From a virus (lineage: Duplodnaviria > Caudoviricetes), in IMG/VR virus record IMGVR_UViG_3300020045_020339, positions 1-56,595 of that record: DNA of 56,595 nucleotides, one strand, 5' to 3'. A program made the position numbers and the translations under genes. Position 1 is the stretch's first letter; every line of letters starts with the position of its first letter. This document shows, in pieces, positions 56,475 to 56,595 of this stretch. Below the pieces are notes generated by a model, which was given only the letters and a program-made list of their open reading frames with translations, did no database searches and was not told the origin of the DNA.

Positions 56475-56595
56475 AATGGACCAACACAACGGAAATCCTT
56501 TTGCTGCAATGTGTAGTATGATAGTGTCTTTTTTTATGAGTTTTTATGCATTTATACTGGCAGATGCACAGAGCGCCGCAGCATTAATAGCATCT
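56475..56595. repeat. Terminal direct repeat, copy 2
   Basis: Identical to 1-121. Confidence 0.95.

Noticed and set aside
56475-56595. 121-bp terminal repeat as a biological direct terminal repeat
   Set aside because: It starts one base before a gene's ATG and ends mid-gene, far from the terminase genes; an assembler circular overlap is the simpler explanation
1-56595. Stop-codon reassignment or introns/inteins in core genes
   Set aside because: Core genes are intact and densely packed under the standard code, with ordinary lengths and no evident insertions

Overview
The window is an apparently complete, circularly permuted genome of a temperate tailed phage, about 56,474 bp. Positions 1-121 are repeated exactly at 56475-56595, which looks like an assembly overlap. 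The host is very probably Bacteroidota: there are repeated TAnnTTTG -7 promoter boxes, A-rich leaders without Shine-Dalgarno sites, and signal peptides cleaved before Gln. Gene order: lysis cassette with GH19 endolysin; an operator-controlled accessory cassette; HNH-type nuclease; large serine integrase; CI/Cro switch; RecT-like annealase and PD-(D/E)XK exonuclease; SNF2-MTase fusion, HARP-like SNF2 helicase, initiator and Dda-like helicase; second accessory cassette; TerS/TerL; an RNA-centred insert; portal, protease and capsid; siphovirus-like tail; and a block of signal-peptide-bearing proteins. The most unusual region is the insert between terL and portal (29172-31026). It holds an ATP-dependent RNA-ligase-like gene, then a promoter-driven RNA of about 674 nt whose ends fold back on each other over more than 75 bp around an antisense ORF. 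Next come a Mu Com-like zinc-ribbon gene whose stop codon lies inside an altered initiator-type tRNA(CAT), and a conserved leader hairpin that recurs in front of the tail-fibre operon. All protein calls come from motif recognition by eye, not from database searches.
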